From a virus (Duplodnaviria > Caudoviricetes), in the IMG/VR virus record IMGVR_UViG_3300037047_000246: a DNA stretch of 64,000 nucleotides; one strand, given 5' to 3'. The position numbers and the translations under genes were made by a program. The notes under the pieces are model-generated. The model saw only the letters and a program-made list of their open reading frames with translations. It was not told the origin of the DNA and searched no databases. This document shows positions 49,018 to 57,955 of this stretch, piece by piece. Each line of letters begins with the position of its first letter. Positions within the stretch are counted from its first letter, which is position 1.

Positions 49018-51189
49018 ATGAGTGTCCTCGCCCCGGTCATCGATCACCTAAACCCCGTCACGAGGTACGTGCACCTCCGGGCGGGGTGCAGGGCGTATCA
49101 CCCGGTGGACGACATCTACGCCGAGATCAGAAACCTGCGCCGCACCGACGAAACGCTGCGCAGGTACCCGGTGCAGTGCGTGGCGGCAGGCAACGTGCCC
49201 AAGGGCGGCGGCAAGTTCACGCCGCGGTACATCGTGCTTCAGCACGGCTGGCGGATCGTGCCCGAAGACGTGTCGCACGTCCTGTCGGTCACGGGCGAGC
49301 AGCTCACGGCCGAGGGCGGGGCGGGACCCGACTGCTTCGACCTGTCCACTATCTCAGCCAGCTCGAAGGTGATCATCCAGTACGAGCCCCCGGCGGCCGA
49401 GGTGATCGTGATCAGCAGCACCCCTGGCGGCGACGCTCCCACCGTGCAGGAGATCGACGCCCAGCTCAGCGCAACCCACGGAGCGGGCGCCTGGGGCGGG
49501 ACGGCTAACGTCGACTACCCGGCCGTGGCCGATGCGGTCCGCACCAACTTGACCACCGAGCTGGGGCGCATCGACGCGGCCGTCAGCTCACGTGCCGCCC
49601 CTGGCGCCGCCATGGCGCTCACCGTAGCGGAGCGGGCGGCAATCGACACGGCGCTGTCCGCCGTTCACGGGTCTGGCGTCTGGGTGGACAGCGGTGCCGC
49701 GCCAGATGCCGGCCAGGTTGCTTCTGCGGTACGAGCCGAGCTGGCCACAGAACTTGGGCGCGTGGACGCAGCCGTGTCCACCAGAAGCTCCCACAGCGCT
49801 GCGGACGTCAACGTGGCCGTGACCAACGCGCACGGGGCCGGGTCGTGGGTGGACACGGGAGCCGCCCCCACTGCCAGCCAGGTGGCGACGGCCGTCCGTT
49901 CGGAGCTCACCACGGAGCTGGGGCGGGTGGACGCCGCCGTCTCCTCCCGCAGCAGCCACAGCGCGTCCGATGCAGCTGCTGCCGTGCGGTCCAACCTGTC
50001 GACCGAGCTGGGGCGGATGGATGCGGCCGTCTCGACGCGCAGCGCGCACAGCCCAGCTGACGCTGCGTCTGCCGTCAGAATAAATCTCGCTGCAGAGCTG
50101 GGGCGCATCGACGCTGCCGTTAGCACTAGAAGCTCGCATGCGCCCGCGGATGTGGACGCCGCGCTGGTTGTGTCGCACGGAGCAGGGTCATGGGTGGACA
50201 GCGGCGCTGCGCCTGCAGCTGACCAAGTTGCGCAAGCAGTGCGGTCCAATTTGGTCACAGAGCTTGCGCGACTGGACGCTGCTGTGAGCACCAGAAGTTC
50301 GCACACGGCAGCAGGCGGGGCATCTGCCGTGCGGTCCGAACTGGCGGCGGAGCTTGCGCGACTGGACGCTGCTGTGAGCACCAGAAGTTCGCACACAGCT
50401 CTGGATGTGGACGCTGCACTAGCAGCGACCCATGGCGCCGGCTCTTGGGTCGACAGCGGCGCACCCCCGTCAGTCGCTCAGACGGCGGCTGGGGTCAGGT
50501 CTGAGCTTGCGTTAGAGCTCGGCAGGGTGGACGCAGCCGTGAGCACCAGAAGTTCGCACACTGCGGCGGACGCTGCGCTCGCAGTCAGAACAAATCTCGC
50601 TGCAGAGCTAAGCAGAATGGACGCAGCTGTCAGTTCGCGCGCCGCTCCCGGAGACGCCATGGCGCTCACCGCGAACGAGAGGACTGCCCTGGACGCTGCC
50701 CTGTCCGCGTCCCACGGGTCGGACTCGTGGGAGGGAGCGGACGCTCTGAGCGCGCAAGACGTGGCGCAAGCGGTGCGGGCGGAAATTGCGGCTGAGTTGG
50801 GGCGCGTGGACGTTGCTGTATCTACCCGGAGCTCGCATATGCCGGCGGATGTGGACGCAGCCTTGTCGGTTTCTCACGGCGCAGGGGCTTGGGGCGACGC
50901 TTCTTCAGATCCGGCAGCCCTGGCTGCAGAGCTCGACAGCGTGCTCAGCGCGTCTCACGGAGCCGGTGCTTGGGGCGCGTCAGTAGACGCGCCCACCCCG
51001 GAGCAAGTGTCGGCTGCCGTATGGAGCGAGCCTGATTCGAATGCTGGGGCGGGCACGATGGGGGCTCGCATGCAGCGATTGGATGCGCTTGTGAGTTCAA
51101 GAGCAACGGCCGGGCAGGGCTTGACTCCTGAGCAGGCGGCGGCTCTGGACGCGGCCAAGAAACTAATCATGCTTGTGTTTGCCAAGTAG
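49018..51189 (+). CDS. Fibre-like protein with about 10 tandem AVRxELxxELGRxDAAVSTRSSH repeats
   Basis: Repeats visible directly in the translation. Confidence 0.75.
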   Translation: MSVLAPVIDHLNPVTRYVHLRAGCRAYHPVDDIYAEIRNLRRTDETLRRYPVQCVAAGNVPKGGGKFTPRYIVLQHGWRIVPEDVSHVLSVTGEQLTAEGGAGPDCFDLSTISASSKVIIQYEPPAAEVIVISSTPGGDAPTVQEIDAQLSATHGAGAWGGTANVDYPAVADAVRTNLTTELGRIDAAVSSRAAPGAAMALTVAERAAIDTALSAVHGSGVWVDSGAAPDAGQVASAVRAELATELGRVDAAVSTRSSHSAADVNVAVTNAHGAGSWVDTGAAPTASQVATAVRSELTTELGRVDAAVSSRSSHSASDAAAAVRSNLSTELGRMDAAVSTRSAHSPADAASAVRINLAAELGRIDAAVSTRSSHAPADVDAALVVSHGAGSWVDSGAAPAADQVAQAVRSNLVTELARLDAAVSTRSSHTAAGGASAVRSELAAELARLDAAVSTRSSHTALDVDAALAATHGAGSWVDSGAPPSVAQTAAGVRSELALELGRVDAAVSTRSSHTAADAALAVRTNLAAELSRMDAAVSSRAAPGDAMALTANERTALDAALSASHGSDSWEGADALSAQDVAQAVRAEIAAELGRVDVAVSTRSSHMPADVDAALSVSHGAGAWGDASSDPAALAAELDSVLSASHGAGAWGASVDAPTPEQVSAAVWSEPDSNAGAGTMGARMQRLDALVSSRATAGQGLTPEQAAALDAAKKLIMLVFAK
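49528..50850 (+). repeat. Modular coding tandem-repeat array, including an exact 47-nt duplication (50260-50306 and 50350-50396)
   Basis: gagcttgcgcgactggacgctgctgtgagcaccagaagttcgcacac occurs twice. Confidence 0.85.
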
Positions 51190-51203
51190 GAGCGCATCCC
51201 GGG

Positions 51204-51446
51204 TCACGATAGCATCACAGCCTGCACTACCCACTCGTCGAGGCCATCGCGCACCGGGACGTAGTTGTCTGCGCAAAATCCACGTGGATTGTGGTCTATC
51301 AGCCACTCGACGCCCTGCTGAAGATGCTTCGGGCATAGCGGCTTGAGCACCCCGTCGTATTTGCGTCGGAACATGTACGCAGCATCGCCGCAGTGGGCGC
51401 ATTTCGTTTCGCCGGCCGACTTGAATGAGCCGGAGGCAGGATTCAT
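51204..51446 (-). CDS. Small Zn-binding hypothetical protein
   Basis: CAHC..LCPKH; C-terminus LDEWVVQAVMLS. Confidence 0.65.
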   Translation of the reverse strand: MNPASGSFKSAGETKCAHCGDAAYMFRRKYDGVLKPLCPKHLQQGVEWLIDHNPRGFCADNYVPVRDGLDEWVVQAVMLS

Positions 51447-52117
51447 CGGATCTGCCCGGACTCCATGCCGTCGAACACAATCTTCACCCAGTCCGGGTGC
51501 TCAGTGCTGCGGGTCGGGTGGTCTCTGCGCGGAGACCCCAGCCGCTTGAGCACTACGCCGTGAATGAAGCCGGACTTCGAATCGGTCGTGTCGCGATGCG
51601 CCTTGGCCACCCGAAGCGCTTCTTCGAGGTTCTCGGGGGTCGCCGCTTGCTGCTCCACTGCGCGGACGTTCTCTGTTCCTTCGCCAAGGAGCTCCACTAG
51701 CCTGTCGTGGCGTTTCTCTAGCCTCTCCTGGCTCACGTCTTCGGACCCGGCCCGAATGACGTCCCAGAACGTCAGGTTGCAGACGACCCCCTTGTCGTGT
51801 CGCCACGACCCCCTCTTGGTGGGGGTCCAAATCTCGCCATCCAGCACAGTCCCAGCCGGCAGGTTCAGAGCGGCAACCTGGTCTTGCAGGTTGTCTGGCA
51901 TGGCAATGGGTTTGCGCTCGCGCGTCCACAGGGCGGCCGAGCCCTTGGTGTCGACGATCAGCAGGCACCGGAAACCATCAAATTTGTGCTCGAGGACGTA
52001 GCCTTCGAACCCGCCTTTCATGAAGAGGGCCATGCTGATTCGGATTGGCTTGAACGGATAAAGCCACCATTTCATGGCGCTTGGTACTTGGTTGGGTTCT
52101 TGATTTACGTTAGACAC
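51443..52117 (-). CDS. ATP-dependent ligase, adenylation domain only
   Basis: EHKFDG (motif I), VLDGEI (III), FWDV (IIIa), HGVVLK (IV variant), WVKI (V); no OB-fold. Confidence 0.8.
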   Translation of the reverse strand: MSNVNQEPNQVPSAMKWWLYPFKPIRISMALFMKGGFEGYVLEHKFDGFRCLLIVDTKGSAALWTRERKPIAMPDNLQDQVAALNLPAGTVLDGEIWTPTKRGSWRHDKGVVCNLTFWDVIRAGSEDVSQERLEKRHDRLVELLGEGTENVRAVEQQAATPENLEEALRVAKAHRDTTDSKSGFIHGVVLKRLGSPRRDHPTRSTEHPDWVKIVFDGMESGQIR

Positions 52118-52122
52118 TCCGC

Positions 52123-52599
52123 CTATGTCTGCCTATGGGGCGTGGCTGTGAACTTGTGCTTCTCCGGCACAGCGACTCGCTTCATGACTTCGTACAGCAT
52201 TTGCCGCGCTTCTTGCCGCCTGCGCGAAATCTCTTCGCGATGTGTTTTTCTGCTAAGTATGGTTTTTTGTCGGCCGCTCGTACGCTTCCGCTCCAGGTAT
52301 GCGGTCATCTTGGCGGATTTGTAGTATTCTGCCATACATGACTTGCACTTTTGATCTCGTCCATCGGACGACGTCGGGTGCTTGCGGAATTGTGAAACAG
52401 GCAGGCGTTTGCCGCACCCTCGACAGTCTTTGGTGGCGAGAGTTTGTTTCGGCTTCAATTTGCGTGCTTCATACCGGTTTTTTGCAATCTGTTTCGCACA
52501 ATCTGGGCACTCTGTGCGTCTGCGGCCAACACCTCGGCTCGCGAACTGTGTTTCTGGGAAAGATTCCTTGCATACTATGCAAGTTTTGTGAACTATCAT
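52123..52599 (-). CDS. Double zinc-finger protein resembling a homing-endonuclease N-terminus without a nuclease domain
   Basis: CIVC..CPDC and CRGC..CKSC; AT-rich. Confidence 0.55.
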   Translation of the reverse strand: MIVHKTCIVCKESFPETQFASRGVGRRRTECPDCAKQIAKNRYEARKLKPKQTLATKDCRGCGKRLPVSQFRKHPTSSDGRDQKCKSCMAEYYKSAKMTAYLERKRTSGRQKTILSRKTHREEISRRRQEARQMLYEVMKRVAVPEKHKFTATPHRQT

Positions 52600-52641
52600 T
52601 TGTTCCCAAAATACAATAAACTTACTGTAGAGAAGATCTGC

Positions 52642-53541
52642 ATGAGCGTCGTTTTCAAACGTGGTCAGGAAATGACCCGCGCCGAGGGATTGAATGTCTT
52701 CCTGAAGAAGCGGGACGGCACCCCGAAGAACGCGGCTGAAATCGCGTACGACATTTACGATTTCACCACAGGCGCCGAGATTCTTCTTCCTCCCTCTAGC
52801 CGCGTGCCGCAAAATCCGGCTGTGGGCGAGTACTTCGCGGCTTTTCGCATTCCGCCAGACGCCAACATCGGCAAATATCGCATTCGTTGGCGCTTCCGCG
52901 AATACCTGAATTCGAAGCAGGCCGAGATCATGCAAGAGTTCGCCATCGTCGGCGACTCGACTCAGGTCATCACCGCCCCTGGTGTGACGCCGACCGAATA
53001 TGACCTCATCCGCGGTCTTCGCATCATGCTGCGTGACGCGAATCCAGACAGAAATTATCATTTTGTCCCACCGGCGGGCGAGGAGTCCACAGATCAGTTC
53101 ACCAGGGTGTTCGGATATCTGTGGCTTGACGATGAGCTCAAAGAGTTTTTGCGCGTCTCCTTGGACTCTGTGAACATGTACGCTCCGCAGACGTTCTACG
53201 ACACTCTGGACCAGCTCATGCAGCAGCACCGCAATTGGCGGACCTTGCTGTTCACCGGGGCGATGGTGCACTCCATCAACGCCCTGGCGCTGAACTGGGT
53301 GGCAGATGAGTTTGACTACTCAATCGGTGGTGTTTCGCTCAATCTAGAAAAGTCGTCAAAGTATCAGTCGATGGCGAACGATGCGCAGACCAGATTCACC
53401 GACATGGTCACAGCAGCTAAAGAAACGGTCAAAGTGATTAGGGGCCTCAAGCAGTCTCGCTACGGCATGGGTATTCGCTCATCGTTCGGCCCGAGTGTAG
53501 GACGCGGTGCTCTGACGCCAAGACGGTTCCTTGGTATATGA
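52642..53541 (+). CDS. Putative head-tail connector / neck protein
   Basis: N-terminal beta module plus helical C-terminus (LRIMLRD..P; DYSIGGVSL); biased codons. Confidence 0.55.
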   Translation: MSVVFKRGQEMTRAEGLNVFLKKRDGTPKNAAEIAYDIYDFTTGAEILLPPSSRVPQNPAVGEYFAAFRIPPDANIGKYRIRWRFREYLNSKQAEIMQEFAIVGDSTQVITAPGVTPTEYDLIRGLRIMLRDANPDRNYHFVPPAGEESTDQFTRVFGYLWLDDELKEFLRVSLDSVNMYAPQTFYDTLDQLMQQHRNWRTLLFTGAMVHSINALALNWVADEFDYSIGGVSLNLEKSSKYQSMANDAQTRFTDMVTAAKETVKVIRGLKQSRYGMGIRSSFGPSVGRGALTPRRFLGI

Positions 53542-53594
53542 TTTTCTCCACGACCCAGTTGTGCCCCAACTAAGAACATACTAGACTTCTTTGC

Positions 53595-55220
53595 ATGACC
53601 CAGCAGATCTGCAAAGCATGCGGGCAATCGAAGGAGCTAGAGGGCGGGTTCTTTAGGAACTCAGTGAAGCTTAGCGGCTACGATGCTAAATGCAAAGAAT
53701 GCCGCGGCGCCAAAGCCAAGGCATATAGAGCAGCGCATGCAGAAGAGATCGCCAAACATCGACAAGAATACTACACTGATAACAGGGAAGTTATCCTGGC
53801 CAACAAGTGTTCATACTATCGGGATCACGTGGGAGAACTTGCGCGCCGTAAGTCAGAATACTGGCAAAGCAACAAGGATGAGATCAAAAAGCGTACATCT
53901 GAGTGGAGAGGGCGCAACAAAGAACTGCTGGCTCTGCGAGCAAAGCAATATAGGGACGCCATACTGAAATCGGCCATCGCCGTCTTGGGAGGAAAGTGTG
54001 CTGTGTGCGGCGAGGTAGAGCCTGAATTTCTGACTGTGGACCACATAAACAACGACGGCGCCTCTGAGAGGCGTTTGGGCGCCGTCAGTTGGAAGCGGCT
54101 GATTCTGGACGGGACTGCTGACCCTTCCAGATACCAGGTGTTGTGTCACAATTGCAACCTCGGGAAATATCGCCTAGACCCCGTCCATCACTTCAAGGAT
54201 GGAGCTGCTGTAGGTAAAGTACGCTCCTGTCCTACATGCGGCGTTGACAAAGATGAGTCTGAGTTCCGGGTTGGTCATACGCGACGGTGCCTGGAATGTG
54301 CCAGGCCATACCAGATTGAGCGCCGCAAAGCCATGATCCACGCACTCGGCGGGGCGTGCGTGTGCTGCGGGCTGGATGAATGGCACAAGCTCGTCGTGGA
54401 TCATGTCAATAATGACGGATTTGCAGCCAGAGCTTTGGGGGCGCGCAGCGGCGTGGACCTCTTGGCTGCCATAACGTGCGGCAAACTGAAGCGAGCTGAT
54501 CACCAGTTGATGTGTTGGAACTGCAACCACAGCAAGCATCGTGGTGGCGGATTGTGCGTACATCAGCGCAACGGTGTGTCGCTGCTTGGGGGAGTCACGC
54601 CGACCATCAGGAACACGCAAAACACGACGCCTATCGATGCGACCGATTTTCTGTTGTGGAGTGTACGCACAGGTAAGGCCGATCTCGGCGTCGCAAAGCC
54701 ATTTTTGGACGCTCACCACTATGCCGGGTTCGGTCGCGCCTCCAGCATTGTTTACGGTGCATGGGCGGATGAACTGCTGATAGGCATTGCGAAATTCGCT
54801 TCGCCGGTGCGCCAGGGCGTTGCCAAGTCTATTGGCCTGAGCGATTCGCAGGTGCTTGAGCTCGATCGATTCTGCATACACCCTGCATACCATGCCAAGA
54901 ATTTCGCGTCATACTTCATGGCAAAAGCTATCAAGCTGGTTGCTGCCAACAAGCCAGGCGTTCTGAAGCTGGTGTCGTTTGCCGATCCTCGATTCGGGCA
55001 TGTCGGCACTGTTTATGAGGCTTCCAACTGGCAAAAGCTGGGCGAGACGGCACGCAGCTATTACTACGAGGACGCGCAAGGTCAAGAAATCAACAAGAAA
55101 ACCCTGTATGATTTCGCGAAGCGCCGCAAGCTAACAGAGCGCCAATGTGCCGAAGCGCTAGGATATGAGAAGGTACGTACCCCTCCTAAGATCAAGTTCG
55201 TTTATATCATCAAGAAATAG
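53595..55220 (+). CDS. Zn finger + two EndoVII-type HNH domains + Mom-like GNAT domain
   Basis: GGKCAVCG..LTVDHINNDG..QVLCHNCN; GGACVCCG..VVDHVNNDG..LMCWNCN; FLDAHHYAG..LELDRFC..SFADPRFGHVGTVYEASNW. Confidence 0.85.
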   Translation: MTQQICKACGQSKELEGGFFRNSVKLSGYDAKCKECRGAKAKAYRAAHAEEIAKHRQEYYTDNREVILANKCSYYRDHVGELARRKSEYWQSNKDEIKKRTSEWRGRNKELLALRAKQYRDAILKSAIAVLGGKCAVCGEVEPEFLTVDHINNDGASERRLGAVSWKRLILDGTADPSRYQVLCHNCNLGKYRLDPVHHFKDGAAVGKVRSCPTCGVDKDESEFRVGHTRRCLECARPYQIERRKAMIHALGGACVCCGLDEWHKLVVDHVNNDGFAARALGARSGVDLLAAITCGKLKRADHQLMCWNCNHSKHRGGGLCVHQRNGVSLLGGVTPTIRNTQNTTPIDATDFLLWSVRTGKADLGVAKPFLDAHHYAGFGRASSIVYGAWADELLIGIAKFASPVRQGVAKSIGLSDSQVLELDRFCIHPAYHAKNFASYFMAKAIKLVAANKPGVLKLVSFADPRFGHVGTVYEASNWQKLGETARSYYYEDAQGQEINKKTLYDFAKRRKLTERQCAEALGYEKVRTPPKIKFVYIIKK

Positions 55221-55378
55221 AGCGGCTTTGTGCTCACTTGCCAGAGCGGCTTCGCGGCCGAGGAGCCGTCGAACGCATGATCTAACCCTGGTGCTGCACT
55301 TCGCAGAGCCGACATCCGCACTTTGCAGCTTTAATCAATAAGCTCTTTGTGTTGTGTTTGGGCAAATTGGAGGATCCC

Positions 55379-55855
55379 ATGACACCTGTCCAGGCAGCAC
55401 AAAGACTTAGGCATATTGCAGCGATGATCGACAATTCGAGCAGGCCCCACCGGGAGCTTGTGGCTGCCGAAATCCGCCGTGTGCTGGCCGCGATGGATAG
55501 CACCAAGTTCTTCATCTACGCGCAGACCTCCAGCGAAGGCAAGGATGTGGCGGGCAAGTCCTTCAATGTCGAGCAGTTCGGCGACGAGAGCGGACAGGAC
55601 GCTGCGAAGCGCACTGAGCTGGAGAAGGGCAAGGAGCAGGAAGTTGCTGCCGTCAAAACTTTGTACGTCGTGATGAAGAATGCGCCCGGAGTCCAGGCTG
55701 TCAAGAGGGCGGACGACAAGAACGCAGTATTTGTCCAGTTTGACAAGTCGATGTCCGAAGAGGCCGTTCTTGATATTGCCAAGAAGGCGATCCAGGGCGA
55801 CATGGTTGCGAAGAAGTCGATCGACGTGGGTAGTCTCAAGGTCGAAGCTGCTTGA
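55379..55855 (+). CDS. Hypothetical (putative virion-internal) protein
   Basis: GGAGGA RBS; N-terminal module shared with 27433-28461. Confidence 0.7.
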   Translation: MTPVQAAQRLRHIAAMIDNSSRPHRELVAAEIRRVLAAMDSTKFFIYAQTSSEGKDVAGKSFNVEQFGDESGQDAAKRTELEKGKEQEVAAVKTLYVVMKNAPGVQAVKRADDKNAVFVQFDKSMSEEAVLDIAKKAIQGDMVAKKSIDVGSLKVEAA

Positions 55856-55885
55856 CATCCAGATGCGCCGGCGCACATGTAATGT

Positions 55886-56257
55886 GTGTGCGTGAATTAC
55901 TGCGTCAAATGCTGGCAAAAGAGTGAGCTGAAAGTTCACCCTGACGGTCGCCTAGACTGCCCTTCATGCGGCAGCGTCGAAATTCCAAGGCACATGCACT
56001 GCGCCCGTTGCGGATTCGCATGCTTGCATGTGGAGGCAGGCGGAATTTACGGCTGTCCCAACTGCGGGGATCCTACGGACGTCGGTAGGCACAAAGTCAG
56101 GTACGAGTTCAATCAAGGGTGCGGCATTTGCGGCTTGCCTGGCCATATGCCAAAACCCGGGTTTATGGAGCCTGTTCCGTGCGGACACCCGAGGGTATTG
56201 TTCGGCTTGGCTCCAGGATTTTGCGAGCAAGACGTCGAAGAAATCATGAATGAATAG
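55886..56257 (+). CDS. Multi-CxxC zinc-ribbon protein
   Basis: Five CxxC pairs; C-terminus FCEQDVEEIMNE. Confidence 0.65.
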   Translation: MCVNYCVKCWQKSELKVHPDGRLDCPSCGSVEIPRHMHCARCGFACLHVEAGGIYGCPNCGDPTDVGRHKVRYEFNQGCGICGLPGHMPKPGFMEPVPCGHPRVLFGLAPGFCEQDVEEIMNE

Positions 56258-56486
56258 ATTGCCTAAATGTCTGTGCGAGTGGTGCCTGACGTACCAACTC
56301 ACCGAGTTTGGCCTGGATGCGCAAAACCGCGTGCCCGACGCAGCCGGAGTTGCCTTGCTGAGCGAAGGATTCTCGCTTCTGTGCAACGGGTGCGGCGCAT
56401 ACTTCAAGCAGCAAGGCAACTTTATCGACTTGGACTCGCCAGAGGGCGCGGCCATGCTCGCGGCTTCGGAAGTGCACAACAGCTGA
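56250..56486 (+). CDS. Small zinc-ribbon protein
   Basis: CLCEWC..LCNGCG; overlaps the previous stop. Confidence 0.6.
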   Translation: MNRLPKCLCEWCLTYQLTEFGLDAQNRVPDAAGVALLSEGFSLLCNGCGAYFKQQGNFIDLDSPEGAAMLAASEVHNS

Positions 56487-56561
56487 ATGTAAGCACAGTG
56501 TTGACTCAGCTGTTGTGCGCGCCAGCACTTCCCCGTAAGACTAGGTTTTGGAGGCGGTTCA

Positions 56562-56942
56562 GTGGTTGAATTGAATGACAGAGAAAGCGCCGTGCTGCGC
56601 ATTTTGATGGAAGTGCTGTGTCTTCTGCCCCCGAGCTCCAGAAGCAACGTGATCAAATCGTTTTGCGAGATCGCCCCAGACATGGCGGAGGAGCCGGAGG
56701 AAGCCGGAGACGTTTCTGACAAAGCTACGGCAAGCCCAAAAGAACGATCGGGCTCTCTCGTGGAGAGAGCCGTGGACATCCTCAGAAAGCACCCACAAGG
56801 AATGCCGGCCGCGCAGCTGATGCGACAGCTTGGGGTGCCGCGGCGAGCAACCTTCGCCGCGGCAATGGCTCGGGGAAAGCAAGCCGGTTTGATAGTGTCC
56901 GAGGGGCACACCCGTTGGACTCGCTACAGAGCGGCGAACTGA
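56562..56942 (+). CDS. Putative winged-helix DNA-binding protein
   Basis: DILRKHPQGMPAAQLMRQLG pattern; GGAGG RBS. Confidence 0.55.
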   Translation: MVELNDRESAVLRILMEVLCLLPPSSRSNVIKSFCEIAPDMAEEPEEAGDVSDKATASPKERSGSLVERAVDILRKHPQGMPAAQLMRQLGVPRRATFAAAMARGKQAGLIVSEGHTRWTRYRAAN

Positions 56943-57691
56943 CGGCGGCGCAAGAGCGGGCGCTGGTGCTGCAGGCGCAGCAGGGGTCGCAAGACGCCAT
57001 GAAAGCGCTTGTTGCCGCCAATTTCAAGCACGTCAAGTCGATTGTTGCTCGCTATGGGGCAAAGAACTCCGCCATAGAGGCGGAAGATCTGGTGAGCGAG
57101 GGGCTTGTTGGCCTGGTGCGAGCTGTGCCGAAGTTTGACCCCGGCGTCGGCACAAGGTTCATCACATACGCCGCGTTCTGGATTCGAGCCCACGTCATGA
57201 ACTTCATGACGTACAACCGCAGCGCGGTATACGGCGGCGGCGCGGTGCGCAGCAAGAACTTCTTCGCTATGCGCAGGGAGGCATCCAAAATGGTCGGCGG
57301 CGGCGCGAGCTACGACGACGTTGTGGACGCCATGCAGCGCAAGTTCGGTATCAAAAACCGCGCCGTCGCAGAGACGGAGCTCGTCCGGATATTTTCTAAG
57401 GACGTTCGTCTTGACGAGCCCGGGGACACCGGGGCGACCATGCTGGACACTCTTCGCGGCCCATACGATCCGGAGCAGCTTGCCGGGCAGCACGAGCGGG
57501 AGCAAAATCTTCGCAAAGTTCTGCTCAAGCTCCGGCCCAGGGATAGGTCCATCATAGAGAAGACCTTTTTGCACTCGGAGTCTACGCTCGCAGACGTCGC
57601 CAGAGGCATGGGCGTGAGTAGAGAGCGCGTGAGGCAGCTACAAAACAGAGCGCTTCGGCGGCTGAAAGACGAGCTGCAGCACCTGAATTGA
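56915..57691 (+). CDS. Sigma-70 family factor (RpoH/SigB-like; regions 2 and 4)
   Basis: EDLVSEGLVGLVRAVPKFDP..GTRFITYAAFWIRA; TLADVARGMGVSRERVRQLQNRAL. Confidence 0.92.
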   Translation: MDSLQSGELTAAQERALVLQAQQGSQDAMKALVAANFKHVKSIVARYGAKNSAIEAEDLVSEGLVGLVRAVPKFDPGVGTRFITYAAFWIRAHVMNFMTYNRSAVYGGGAVRSKNFFAMRREASKMVGGGASYDDVVDAMQRKFGIKNRAVAETELVRIFSKDVRLDEPGDTGATMLDTLRGPYDPEQLAGQHEREQNLRKVLLKLRPRDRSIIEKTFLHSESTLADVARGMGVSRERVRQLQNRALRRLKDELQHLN

Positions 57692-57717
57692 TTGACTTCC
57701 GATAGCTTCTGTTTTGC

Positions 57718-57918
57718 ATGGATAAGAACAACGGCGCGTGCAGCAACTGCGTAGACGAGCTTTTGCTGCGGCATAGGCGGGTCATATTCACCAGAATCGG
57801 GGAGCACAAGGTGACCATGCAGCTTGTGGCAGACGTGGACCCGGACTCCACAGAAACGATAGTGGACAGCAATGCTGCGAACTGCTTGAGCCGGGTGAAC
57901 ACGGACAACCACAAGTGA
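57718..57918 (+). CDS. Small hypothetical protein
   Basis: 66-aa ORF after the sigma gene. Confidence 0.45.
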   Translation: MDKNNGACSNCVDELLLRHRRVIFTRIGEHKVTMQLVADVDPDSTETIVDSNAANCLSRVNTDNHK

Positions 57919-57955
57919 CGTTCGGCGATTGGAGCTTTTGTCCGGCAGCCTGCGC

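Noticed and set aside
49528-50850. CRISPR-like repeat array
   Set aside because: The repeats are degenerate, in frame and protein-coding, with no unique spacers of constant length.
52600-53271. N-terminal extension of the 382-aa minus-strand ORF 52123-53271
   Set aside because: It is the antisense shadow of the well-biased plus-strand gene 52642-53541; only the Zn-finger part (up to 52599) is kept.
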